Below, piece by piece: positions 1-9,258 of a DNA stretch of 64,000 nt; position 1 is the stretch's first letter, and each line of letters starts with the position of its first letter. The position numbers and the translations under genes were made by a program. Location: positions 4,541 to 68,540 of the IMG/VR virus record IMGVR_UViG_3300020220_000040. One strand, written 5' to 3'. The notes under the pieces are model-generated. The model was not told the DNA's origin, ran no database searches, and saw nothing but the letters and a program-made list of their open reading frames with translations. The stretch comes from a virus.

Positions 1-1433
1 GCTCGAAGCCCGACGGGAAGGGCAAGGGTGCCTCCAAGGGCGGCGACCCGTCCGAGGATGGGGACGAGGACGGCGAGGGCTCTGGGAAGGGCTCCGGCGG
101 CGAAGAAGACGAAGGCGACGAGGATGGGGAGGGCTCCGGCAAGGGCTCTGGTGAGGAGGATGGAGCCGAGGGCGGCGGAGACGAAGGGGACGAAGACGGC
201 GAGGGCTCCGGAGACGACGGGGACAACGACGGCGACGGGGACAACGACGCCGAAGGCTCCGGGAACGGGAAGGGTCAGGGGGACGACTCCTCCGACTCCG
301 AGGGGAAGGACCCCGCTCCGGGTGCTGGGGGCCACCACTGGGATCCCGAGCGTGCGAAGGCGTGGGAGATGGTTGCCGAGGAAATCCTCGACGCAGCCTC
401 CAAGGGAGAGGAGGCGGGTCTGCGGGATCTGGCCTCGGCTCTCGAAGAAGCCTTCGATGCGGTCCGCGAGCGTGAAGGTTCGGACTGCACGACCGAGGAG
501 AAGGTCTGGCGTCCCTACAACCCCGCTCTCGACATCGTGACGATGGTGCCCCCGTCGGACGGGGGCAAGGCCGATGACCAGCGGCGGGCCAAGGCTCTCC
601 TCGCGTCGGTCAAGTCGGAGTGTTCCTTCCTGCGTGCTCGTCTCCGGTCCATCGTCCGGGCGGTCGAGCAGCGGTCGGTGATCCACGGTGTGCGTCGGGG
701 TCGGGAACTGTCCGAGCGGATGCTGGTGGACTCGGTCGCCGCGATTCGGTCGGGTCAGGCTCCGAGCCGGGCCTACTACACCGTCAGCGACAAGATCGAC
801 ACCTCGATCGCGGCGGCCATCGTGATCGACCAGTCGTCGTCGATGTCCTGGCCCCGGACGAAGCTCCAGGATGCCACCCGGTGCCTCGTGGCTCTGACCG
901 AGCCCCTGGACGCCATCGGGGCGGCGGTGCTCGTGGCGGGCTTCCGGGATGGTCCGGGCAACCCCAACGGTGTGGACTACGACGACATGCAGTCGGGCGA
1001 GTTCCACCGGGCCGAGGGTGTGTGCCACGACGTGTTCAAGGGGTTCGACGAGAAGTTCCAGTCGGCGTGTTGGCGGTTCGCCAACACCCGGGCGGTCGGC
1101 GGCACGCCGATGGCGGACGGGGTGCAGTTCGGGTTGGAGTGTCTGGCGACCCGCCAGGAAGCTCACCGGGTGCTGTTCATCGTGACGGACGGGGAGCCCA
1201 ACTACGGGCACAGCCCGGTCATCAAGCGTCAGATCCGCATCGCGAAGAAGTCGGGGATCAACATCATCGGCGTCGGGATCGGGGCCGAGTCGAAGTCGGT
1301 CATGACGCTGTTCCCCGACCACGTTTGGGCTGCCAACATCTCCGAACTGCCCAAGGCACTCATCAACAAGCTCAACGATATCCTGGACTTCCGGGGGATC
1401 GGGCGTGGTCGGCCGCTGGCAAAGTCAGCGTGA
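1..1433 (+). CDS. CobT-like vWA-domain protein, 5'-truncated, with acidic Gly/Asp/Glu linker
   Basis: The frame is open from base 3 (SKPDGKGKGASKGGDPSEDGDEDGEGSG...) into ORF 369..1433. MIDAS motifs IDQSSSM, GGTP and IVTDG; adjacent to a MoxR AAA gene. Confidence 0.85.
   Translation, partial: SKPDGKGKGASKGGDPSEDGDEDGEGSGKGSGGEEDEGDEDGEGSGKGSGEEDGAEGGGDEGDEDGEGSGDDGDNDGDGDNDAEGSGNGKGQGDDSSDSEGKDPAPGAGGHHWDPERAKAWEMVAEEILDAASKGEEAGLRDLASALEEAFDAVREREGSDCTTEEKVWRPYNPALDIVTMVPPSDGGKADDQRRAKALLASVKSECSFLRARLRSIVRAVEQRSVIHGVRRGRELSERMLVDSVAAIRSGQAPSRAYYTVSDKIDTSIAAAIVIDQSSSMSWPRTKLQDATRCLVALTEPLDAIGAAVLVAGFRDGPGNPNGVDYDDMQSGEFHRAEGVCHDVFKGFDEKFQSACWRFANTRAVGGTPMADGVQFGLECLATRQEAHRVLFIVTDGEPNYGHSPVIKRQIRIAKKSGINIIGVGIGAESKSVMTLFPDHVWAANISELPKALINKLNDILDFRGIGRGRPLAKSA
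40..300 (+). repeat. Low-complexity coding repeats (GEGSG/DEDG)
   Basis: Recurrent ggcgagggctc(c/t)gg and gacgaagac units. Confidence 0.6.
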
Positions 1434-1494
1434 TTCTCGAGTTGAGGTTCAGGACGGGCCTCCCATCGCGTAGACAGGGAGAGGAGAAATCCCG

Positions 1495-2682
1495 ATGACG
1501 TTCGAGACCCCGGCCTGCCGTGTGTGTGGCCATCGCGACCACTGGCTCGGTGAGCACATCATCGAGGCTCACGCGATGAGCCTTCCCGAGTACCTCCGGC
1601 GGTATCCAGGTGCCCCGCTCGCCTCCCAGGCGGCGTTGGCAGAACTGAACCGGGGGTGTGCGGACCTCCGCAAGAACCAGCAGCCGCCCCCCGGGATCGA
1701 CGCTTTGAGCATCGACTTCGCCGGTGTTCGGACTCGGGTGAGCCCCGACGTGCCCGAGTCGGCATGCCTCAAGCTGCCCGACGCCTACCGGATCCCCCAG
1801 TACGGGGAACTGGCGAAGGATGTTCGGGAGGCGGCCATCAGCCTCGCTCGGGGTCGCTCCATGTACATCTGGGGCCTCCCGGGCACCGGCAAAGACGCCC
1901 TGTTCCACGCCTTCTCCTGGATGACGCGGACGCCCGGTCTGATCTTCCAGGTCGAACCCTCGGCGGACATTCGCGCGTGGTTCTTCAGCCACGAGTTCAA
2001 CAAGGAAGGGACCTATTGGGCGGAAGGTGAGCTTCTCAAGACCCTCCGCGACGGGTACACGACGCCGACGGGTCGGAAGGTGCCGTACCTCATCCTGATC
2101 ACCGACTTCGACCGGGCCACGAAGGAACAGGCGGAAAGCCTCCGTCTCGTTCTCGACTCCATCGAGGGTCGCGTGAAGGGTCCGGCGGGCGTGACCTACA
2201 AGGTGTTCCCAGGCACGCAGGTCGTCGTGACGGCGAACACGGCGGGGGGTGGTGACACCCGGGGGCGGATGATCTCGGCCAACGTGATCGATGCCTCGAT
2301 CCTCGACCGGTTCGGTCGCGCCTACGAATTCCACTGGATGGACTGGCAGGACGAGGAGGTCATCGTCCGCAACAAGTTCCCTCTGCTGGAGGAGCGGTGT
2401 CCCTCGGTGTTCAGCCAGATCGGGGCGGCCACCGGCTCGCTTCGCAAGGCCATCGCCTCCGACGAGTTGTATGCGGAGTTCTCGCACCGTGCCCTGTGCG
2501 CGTGGCTCGGACACGCCGAAGACATCGTGGCCATCGAGGACAAGGTGCCCCAGGATCTCGTCAAGCGGGCCTTCCGGGCGGTTCTCGACAAGCTCCCCGA
2601 CGCGGAGACGCGGGACCAAGCCGTCCACCTCATCAGTTCGCACATCCAGGGTGGGGCTCTCCCGAAGGCTGGGAAGAAGTGA
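1495..2682 (+). CDS. CobS/MoxR-like AAA+ ATPase with N-terminal Zn finger
   Basis: CRVC..H...H N-terminus; Walker A GLPGTGKD; Walker B-like ILITDFDRA; TANT sensor; LDRF arginine finger. Confidence 0.85.
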   Translation: MTFETPACRVCGHRDHWLGEHIIEAHAMSLPEYLRRYPGAPLASQAALAELNRGCADLRKNQQPPPGIDALSIDFAGVRTRVSPDVPESACLKLPDAYRIPQYGELAKDVREAAISLARGRSMYIWGLPGTGKDALFHAFSWMTRTPGLIFQVEPSADIRAWFFSHEFNKEGTYWAEGELLKTLRDGYTTPTGRKVPYLILITDFDRATKEQAESLRLVLDSIEGRVKGPAGVTYKVFPGTQVVVTANTAGGGDTRGRMISANVIDASILDRFGRAYEFHWMDWQDEEVIVRNKFPLLEERCPSVFSQIGAATGSLRKAIASDELYAEFSHRALCAWLGHAEDIVAIEDKVPQDLVKRAFRAVLDKLPDAETRDQAVHLISSHIQGGALPKAGKK

Positions 2683-2685
2683 CCC

Positions 2686-2699
2686 GATAGGCGTCCTAT
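2686..2699 (+). promoter_or_regulatory. Putative late promoter GATAG-N4-CCTAT
   Basis: Aligns with six other intergenic or near-intergenic copies (10471, 17631, 24103, 50561, 54342, 59079). Confidence 0.55.
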
Positions 2700-2745
2700 A
2701 CCGCCCGGTGGTTGGTGGGCTTCTTACCCACCGGACGGGGCCGCC

Positions 2746-3018
2746 TTGTCGAAGTCCGACATGATCCAGCGCATTGCTCGTCGTGCCTCTGAACGTCAGG
2801 GGTACGGCCAGATGCGGACGCTGCACCTCCGCGAAGAGGTGGCCAAGGCGTTGGCCAACCGGCCGGACGGTGCGAAGGCATCCACCCTGTCCGCTGTGCT
2901 GGCCGAAGCCATCAAGTTGATGGTGGGCGAGGGGGCTGATCCGCAAGCGGTGGAAGCCCTGGCCCGTCAAGAAGCCTCGGACTTCGTGAAGAAGGCTCTC
3001 CGCCTGAGGAAACGCTGA
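2746..3018 (+). CDS. Hypothetical protein
   Basis: Phage-like codon use; TGATG overlap with the next gene. Confidence 0.65.
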   Translation: MSKSDMIQRIARRASERQGYGQMRTLHLREEVAKALANRPDGAKASTLSAVLAEAIKLMVGEGADPQAVEALARQEASDFVKKALRLRKR

Positions 3019-3704
3019 TGCCCACCTCCGGTATCTATGCCGTCCGCAACAAGATCAACGGGAAGGTTTACGTGGGGAAGTCTGTAGACATCACCCACCG
3101 TTGGTGCAGCCACAAGGCTCGTCTGCGTCGAGGTGTGCATGTCAACACGCACTTGCAGCGGGCATGGAACCTGTACGGAGAGGGGGCTTTTGAATGTGAA
3201 GTCGTTCACCGGGAGAATGACAGAACCTTGCTGCCGCAACTAGAAGCCCAGTATGTGCTCGACTTCTCCGCCACAGACCCCGAGAAGGGCTACAACTTGA
3301 ATGTGGTAGACACCCACAGCTATCGCGCGAGCCCAGAGACACGGGCCAAGCAGAGTGCGGCACAGAAGGCTCGACATGCGGCCCACCCTCGCACTTGCAC
3401 GCCTGAGCAGCGAGCAAGGATGAGTGCGGCCCAGAAAGCTCGGGGGGCTACAGCTTCGGCGGAAACACGGGCCAAAATGAGTGCCGGCAGCAAGGGCAAG
3501 AAGAAGAGCCTCGAACATCGAGATGCTCTCATCGCCGCACATACGGGATGGGTTCCGAGTCAGGAGACTCGGGACAAGATTGGAGCAGCACATCGGGGAA
3601 GGAAAGCCAGTCCTGGAACCAGAGCCAAGATGTCGGCTACTCGCAAGGGCAAGAAGCGGGGCCCATACCGTAAGCACGCGCAAAGCGTAGAAGAAAACAA
3701 GTGA
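3018..3704 (+). mobile_element. GIY-YIG homing endonuclease with NUMOD3-like repeats
   Basis: GIYAVRN...VYVGKS..I..RW..H, E..Y, GYN; repeated S.ETRAKMS.A.KG units; lower GC than flanks. Confidence 0.9.
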
Positions 3705-3712
3705 GGTAGCCG

Positions 3713-4339
3713 GTGCCTTCTTTCCTCAAGACAAAGAAAGATGAAGATATGTGGGCCAAAGCCAAGGCGTTTGCTGAAGAGTCAGGGCACAAGGACGATT
3801 GGCCCTATATAACAGGCATTTGGAAACAAATGCAGGGCGAGGGTGCTTCGGCTCGGGTCGCGGATCGGTTCCTGGCCGCCTACGAACCCGGTCACCGCAA
3901 GGATGACTCTCGCGACCCCGACACCGATGGCTGGGTGAACGGCCTCGTCGAGGACTTCACCCCCACTGAAGGTGAGGGCTCCCAGGTGCCCTTCCCCCGC
4001 GACAACCAGGGCCACCCCCTCGCCCCGCCCGACCTCGGGATCGAGAACATCCCTGGCTACGAGTGGCACGACAAGTCCAAGGCGTTCCACTCCATCATGG
4101 AGAAGGAAGCCTCGAGCCGGACGGCCTCGATGGAGGACGAGCTTCGCTGGTGCGCCAACGAGATCGACCGAGCCAACGACATCCTTCGCGATGTCGTGCT
4201 GACCCTCGACGGCCGCCGTGATGGGGATGAGTCCATCTCGGACGTGTACGGGGCAGCGGCGGTTGTGACCCGCGAACTCTCCATGAACGTCTCGAAGAGC
4301 CTCGCGGAGGCCGAGAAGAAGCTCCGCCGGCTGGTCTAG
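3713..4339 (+). CDS. Hypothetical protein with RVADRFL motif
   Basis: ORF with GAGG RBS; ASARVADRFLAA; first ~40 codons are AT-richer. Confidence 0.7.
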   Translation: MPSFLKTKKDEDMWAKAKAFAEESGHKDDWPYITGIWKQMQGEGASARVADRFLAAYEPGHRKDDSRDPDTDGWVNGLVEDFTPTEGEGSQVPFPRDNQGHPLAPPDLGIENIPGYEWHDKSKAFHSIMEKEASSRTASMEDELRWCANEIDRANDILRDVVLTLDGRRDGDESISDVYGAAAVVTRELSMNVSKSLAEAEKKLRRLV

Positions 4340-5097
4340 CGCCTGAAGCGGTAGACCGCCGAGGGACGACCCACGCCTCCCCGCTTGCCGGGGGCAGTCT
4401 CGAGGATGCCGTCCTCGAGCATCCGGCGGAACTTCCGGTGGAAGGTCTTGGGGTCGTAGGCGGCTCCCTTGATCGCCTCGTACACCGACCGAAGCTCGGC
4501 CACGGTGAAGGTCTCGGGCACCAGGTCGAAGGCGATGGGGGAGTAGTCGATGCGACCCCGCAGCCGCTTGATGGCCGTGTCGAGAATCTGGTCGTGGTCG
4601 AAGGCGAGGGCCGCCCTACTCTCGAGCACCTCCTGGACGGACTGCCACTTCGCCTCGTCCGCATCGTCCCCAGCCGTCACGAGCGGGGCCAGCGTGGGCC
4701 TCACGAGAGCGAAGTAGGCGACCGAGATGACGCGCGTGCGGGGGTCACGCCCGGCCTTCCCGAACGTGTACAACTGCTCGATGTAGCACGAGCCGTGAGG
4801 GAGCCCCGTCTCCTCCTGCAGTTCGCGGTGGGCCGCTTCCTCCAGATCCTCCCCCTGTTGCTTCAGCCCGTCTCCGACATCGACGAAGCCGCCAGGGAAC
4901 GCCCAGCATCCCCTGTAGGGGTGTCCGCCCCGCTTGATGAGCAGCACCTTCAGATCCGTGTCGATGACCGTGAAGATCGCCAGGTCGACCGTGACCGACG
5001 GCTTCGGGTAGTCCTTCGCCGTGTAGGCGGCGAGGAACTCAGCCTCGGTCATGTCCGCCCCGTCCTTGGACGAGAGCTTTCCGCTGGGATCGGTCAC
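4336..5097 (-). CDS. nrtR: NrtR-type NUDIX + winged-HTH regulator of NAD metabolism
   Basis: KPSVTVDLAIF, WAFPGGFV, AHRELQEETGL, EQLYTFG..RDPR, LAFDH, C-terminal wHTH ending GRPSAVYRF. Confidence 0.9.
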   Translation of the reverse strand: MTDPSGKLSSKDGADMTEAEFLAAYTAKDYPKPSVTVDLAIFTVIDTDLKVLLIKRGGHPYRGCWAFPGGFVDVGDGLKQQGEDLEEAAHRELQEETGLPHGSCYIEQLYTFGKAGRDPRTRVISVAYFALVRPTLAPLVTAGDDADEAKWQSVQEVLESRAALAFDHDQILDTAIKRLRGRIDYSPIAFDLVPETFTVAELRSVYEAIKGAAYDPKTFHRKFRRMLEDGILETAPGKRGGVGRPSAVYRFRR

Positions 5098-6776
5098 TTC
5101 AACCTCATCGTGTACACCTTGTCGCCTCGCACGAAGGCAACCTTGCCCCCGTGCTTGATCAGGTGCATGTCGTTGCCGAGTTCCGTAGACTCCACTACCC
5201 GGATCTTGTCAGAACCGACCGAGGAGACTTCGAGCTTCTCGTCCTCGTTGAGGTGGACGCAGATCCCGTTGTCGAGGACCACGAAGTTGAGCCCGGCCGG
5301 CGTGATGTCCGACACCACCGGGCGCATCCGGTAGGTCTGGTAGTGCTCGTCGAAGATGAAGGTCAACCGGTCGTACTTGCCCTTCTTCGCACCGACGACC
5401 ATCAGGAGGCGGTTGTCGAACTTGGCCTCGACCACCTTGTAGTCGTCGAGTTCGGGCACCCGGACCTGGTGGGCAAGCCCGGCAGCAGGAAACACGGAGA
5501 CGAACATCGAGCCCAGGAGGTTCTGCACGAGCACCCCGTCATGCAGACGGGTGGCGTACTCCAAGATGTTGGCCGCCACCCGAGGAGACGCCACGACGTT
5601 GCTGCCCGAGTCGGTGAGCACCATCTCGATGATGCGATCTGCACTCTTGACGTAGATGCGGCCCCCGTAGGCCATCACCTGGTCGGCCTTCAGAGTGACG
5701 GGCACGTCCTTCTGTTGGGCCATGTTGTAGAGCCGGAGTTCGCCGTTCTCGAGCCACGCCACGACAGGCTGGTTGAGCTTGGGGCTGAAGCCCACTCCAC
5801 GCACCGGAGTGGGTCCCCGCACCTTGCGCCCGTTGAGGAACACGCCCTCGGGAGTGCCCGCCACCACAGCCCCGCCGTTCTCGACGAACCCGAGCACCTG
5901 TGCGGCGAAGGCCGCCAACTCGGAGATGTCGAGAGAGGCCCCGCTGAGGATGGTGCGGACCAACACCGCCGTCGCCACGAACGTGCCGGGGTCTGCAGGC
6001 GGAGGGAGACGCTTCCCGTCCTGGAGGACGGCCTTGAACCACGCCCGGTAGCCAGGCGGAATCACGTCCACGGGGTACACGACCTTGGGGACGGACACCG
6101 AGGGGTCGAAGATGGAGATGCACGCCTTCATCCGCTCCTCGAGCCCGTGGACGGAGGCGTGCTTGCCCTTGTAGGGGTGGATGCCGGTGAACATCTGGTA
6201 CGCGACACACGCGAACGAGAACCAGTCGGACAACTCGGTGAAGTCGTGCCCCTTCACGGTCCAGTCGCGGACGGAGGGCATGATGGCGGTCGCGGGGTAG
6301 CTGCGGGTCTGGTAGCTGTCCACGTCGATGCCGTAGACCTCGGAGAACGTCCGGTCCACGAGGAAGTTCATCTCGTTGAGGTCGACGATGAGCGTGCCCG
6401 ACTGGTGGATGCTCGCCACCATCGCCTGAAGGTTCCGCACGAGGGCGAGCATCTTCGGGTGGTCGAGCCCTTCCCGCTCCCGGAAGGCTCGGGTGAAGAC
6501 CTGGCAGAGCGGCATCGTGTTGCCCACGAACCGCATCGTGTAGCCGAGGGGCTGGTTCGTCTTGGGGTCGAGCAACACCCGTTCGGGCTTGATCACGTTC
6601 GGGTCGCGGATGGCGGCCAACTCCGTGATCTTCCCGACAGGGAGCATCCTCCCGGGGTCCGTGTAGACCTTGAACGCGGTGGTGCCCTTGGCGTAGATCG
6701 AGCCTTCGCCGCCACTTCCCACATAGTCACGTTGTGTCAGCGTGACCGGCCCTTGCCCTTGAATATGGACGATCAC
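5094..6776 (-). CDS. YegI-like Ser/Thr protein kinase (TerY-P triad)
   Basis: GSGGEGSIY, AFKVY, VDLNEMNFLV, IDVDS, DWFSFA, HPYKG. Confidence 0.85.
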   Translation of the reverse strand: MIVHIQGQGPVTLTQRDYVGSGGEGSIYAKGTTAFKVYTDPGRMLPVGKITELAAIRDPNVIKPERVLLDPKTNQPLGYTMRFVGNTMPLCQVFTRAFREREGLDHPKMLALVRNLQAMVASIHQSGTLIVDLNEMNFLVDRTFSEVYGIDVDSYQTRSYPATAIMPSVRDWTVKGHDFTELSDWFSFACVAYQMFTGIHPYKGKHASVHGLEERMKACISIFDPSVSVPKVVYPVDVIPPGYRAWFKAVLQDGKRLPPPADPGTFVATAVLVRTILSGASLDISELAAFAAQVLGFVENGGAVVAGTPEGVFLNGRKVRGPTPVRGVGFSPKLNQPVVAWLENGELRLYNMAQQKDVPVTLKADQVMAYGGRIYVKSADRIIEMVLTDSGSNVVASPRVAANILEYATRLHDGVLVQNLLGSMFVSVFPAAGLAHQVRVPELDDYKVVEAKFDNRLLMVVGAKKGKYDRLTFIFDEHYQTYRMRPVVSDITPAGLNFVVLDNGICVHLNEDEKLEVSSVGSDKIRVVESTELGNDMHLIKHGGKVAFVRGDKVYTMRLK

Positions 6777-7302
6777 GGTTTTGCTCCGCGTGTAGCTCTA
6801 CATGACAACGCACGCAGAGGAGGATGCACTTGTCGATCTCCGCCTGGAGGCGCTGCCACGCCCATCCGTACATGCGCGAGACCGTGAACTCCTTCACTGT
6901 CGGATCGGAGTGGTGGAATACGAGGGCATCGAGGCACCGGAAATAGCCGCACTCGACGCATTTCCCTCCTTTGTATGCGACTGCCCGTTCCTTCTGTCGT
7001 TTTGCTCGCAAAACCGATCGGCAGGCGTTGCAGACCCCCTTCCGATGACCGGCGCTGTTGTTGTGCTTCCCCAGGTAGGTGAACGCCTTGCCACAAGTCT
7101 GGCAGGTGCGCTCGGGGTTCATCGCCTCGGGATCGTGCAGCGGTTGGTGGTTCCTCGCCCCGAAAGGCGAACACTCCAGGCAGTAGATCCTGCTGCTCAG
7201 CATCCTCATCCGACCATCGACCATCACGCGATTCGGAAATGTGTTCCCACACTTCTTGCAGGTTCTCTTGCCGGGTTTGCGGGTTTTGAAGGTGTAGGCC
7301 AT
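6727..7302 (-). mobile_element. HNH homing endonuclease with CxxC zinc ribbons
   Basis: YKGGKCVECGY..C..ALVFHH.DP..KEF..C.LLC..CH..H; lower GC. Confidence 0.85.
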
Positions 7303-7342
7303 GCGCGCAAGCATAGCACAGCGGAGCAACGAAAGCTATGAC

Positions 7343-7414
7343 CTCGCCGCCCGAAGCGACGAACTCCCGCTGGGTGAGGCTGACCTCGCCCTGGCCTTGG
7401 ATGACGACCTTCAT
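7343..7414 (-). pseudogene. Remnant original 5' end of the kinase gene
   Basis: MKVVIQGQGEVSLTQREFVASGGE duplicates the kinase start MIVHIQGQGPVTLTQRDYVGSGGE. Confidence 0.85.
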
Positions 7415-7956
7415 GGCTGTGTCCGTTGGAAATACTGGGTCGGCACGGAGTCCACCAGCCAGACGTGGTTGTCGGTCTCGAAGAACTGGAACCCAGCTTC
7501 GGCCATCTCCTGCGCCCGCACCTCGAGGATCACGGGCTTTCCGTGGCGTCCCCCAACCTGGCGAGCCGTGTCGGTGGTGGCGGACAGGTGGACGTGGTGG
7601 CGGGACATCTTCTGCAGACCTTCCCTGAAGATGGCCTCGAGGAAGCGTTCAGCGGTGCCGTGGTACAGCACGGCGGGCGGGGCCTTCGGCTGGTAGCCAA
7701 GCTCCACCTCAACCGAGTGCCCCTGACGAGCACGGATTCGTGTCCCGTCCTCGTTGAACTCGAACCGCTTCTTGTTGTTGTCCGCGACGACCTGGTTGAG
7801 GTCGTCGCGGGACATCCCACGCCCCCGTTCGTCGAGTGCCTTCAGCAAGGCGTCGACCTCGACCCACCCTGCATCATCGAGGGTGAGCCCCACACTCCCG
7901 GGCTTGTGCCGCAGGATGAGGGAGAGGAACTTCGAGTGTTGGGTCACGTCAGCCAT
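7411..7956 (-). CDS. kptA: RNA 2'-phosphotransferase Tpt1/KptA
   Basis: SKFLSLILRH, KKRF, IRARQGHS, LYHGT, MSRHHVHLS, VWL. Confidence 0.95.
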   Translation of the reverse strand: MADVTQHSKFLSLILRHKPGSVGLTLDDAGWVEVDALLKALDERGRGMSRDDLNQVVADNNKKRFEFNEDGTRIRARQGHSVEVELGYQPKAPPAVLYHGTAERFLEAIFREGLQKMSRHHVHLSATTDTARQVGGRHGKPVILEVRAQEMAEAGFQFFETDNHVWLVDSVPTQYFQRTQP

Positions 7957-8746
7957 TGGAAACCTCTGCGCCGAGGTACATCCCGGCCACCGAGAAGTCG
8001 TCGTCGTGGTGCCAGCCCTTGGCCGCCACGTCCTTCAGGAACCGCTTCGCCCGACGGGTGAGGAACTCCCCCACGAACCCCTTGATGGCGAGCATCTCGT
8101 CGACCACGACGGGGAGGGGGACAGCCTCGGTCATGCCCGAGGTGCCCACGGGCTTGCGGAAGGAGAGGGCTCCGTCCGAGAACAGGAGCACGAGGTCGAA
8201 CTGGTCCGCGTTGAACCCGTAGGAGGTCACCGGGGAGCCCCAGCCCTCGGGCCCCAGGATGACCACTTCCTTCTCGGACACATCGTCCCCGTCGTAGGAG
8301 GTGACCACTTGCCGGGTGCCGAACTCGGTGGCGTAGCGGTCCCGTCGGGACCGGTCGAGGTCGTAGTTGGGGTAGAGCGGGGCCCCAGACGGGTAGCTCG
8401 TCGAGATGATGAGCCGTGTCCCATCCCGGCGGCGAGCGACCACCACGCCATCTCCGTGAACCGTCACCTGCACAGAGCGCGAGGTGGGGTCCCAACGAGC
8501 CGACAGCAAGGTGGCGTCCAGCGTCTCATCCGGGAGGGCCAACACCTCCAACAGGAGCCGAGCTTGGGCCACACCGTCGGCTGGGCCGTGGATCTGGGCC
8601 ATGTGGCAGATGAGGCGGGAGCCCACGTCCGTGTGGGGGGACGAGGAGCACCCGTCCGACAACAGGATCAACCCGGACTGGGCCAGCGCGTAGTCCTGGC
8701 AGACGTTGTGCTGCTTGCCCGTAGTGAAGAAGGCGTCGGTGTTCAT
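7949..8746 (-). CDS. PP2C-like phosphatase (YegK-like)
   Basis: GKQHNVCQDY, LSDGCSS, HGDG, FSDG, DDDFS; ATG 8746 overlaps the upstream stop. Confidence 0.85.
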   Translation of the reverse strand: MNTDAFFTTGKQHNVCQDYALAQSGLILLSDGCSSSPHTDVGSRLICHMAQIHGPADGVAQARLLLEVLALPDETLDATLLSARWDPTSRSVQVTVHGDGVVVARRRDGTRLIISTSYPSGAPLYPNYDLDRSRRDRYATEFGTRQVVTSYDGDDVSEKEVVILGPEGWGSPVTSYGFNADQFDLVLLFSDGALSFRKPVGTSGMTEAVPLPVVVDEMLAIKGFVGEFLTRRAKRFLKDVAAKGWHHDDDFSVAGMYLGAEVSNG

Positions 8747-9258
8747 GGGGCACTCGGCTTGGGGATTTGAGCTAGGGCGGGGCTCCCGAGTTGTTCGATG
8801 AGGAGCCGAGTGAGGTCCAACAGGTTCTCGGGCCACGGCTCTCCGAGCTTCCACCACACGGGCTCGGTGGTGCCCAGGGTGTACCGCTCGAAGTGGAGCA
8901 TCGTCATCGGACGCCCCTTGTCCTTCTGGAGGACGCGCGTGACCCAGCCGAGGAGTCGGCCCGCTTCCACGGTGTCTCCCACCTTCAGGTCAGCGGGAGC
9001 GATCTCCCCGTAGCAGAGGACGTGTTGTTCCCCCTGCACGAGGATGCAGTCGGTGTCGTTCCACCAGGGGGAGTCCGCCTTCGGTCCCGTGAAGGGGAGG
9101 ATGGCGACCACCACCCCCGGCTCGACGGCGAACACGGACGTTCCCTCGGGGCAGTAGAGGTCCACGCCCGTGTGGATGTCGTGCTTGCGCGCCACCCCAA
9201 ACGCTCCCGGAGATCCGGGAGCGGGGAACGTGCGGGCTTCCCCGGAGAGAGGCCACAT
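8743..9258 (-). CDS. M23-family peptidase
   Basis: HTGVDL, V.VGD.V.AG..LG, LHFE. Confidence 0.8.
   Translation of the reverse strand: MWPLSGEARTFPAPGSPGAFGVARKHDIHTGVDLYCPEGTSVFAVEPGVVVAILPFTGPKADSPWWNDTDCILVQGEQHVLCYGEIAPADLKVGDTVEAGRLLGWVTRVLQKDKGRPMTMLHFERYTLGTTEPVWWKLGEPWPENLLDLTRLLIEQLGSPALAQIPKPSAP

Noticed and set aside
28-540. 170-aa ORF at the window start
   Set aside because: Alternative frame of the acidic linker of the vWA gene
6777-7342. Group I intron in the kinase gene
   Set aside because: A complete replacement start exists downstream and almost no non-coding sequence is available for an intron core; not formally excluded
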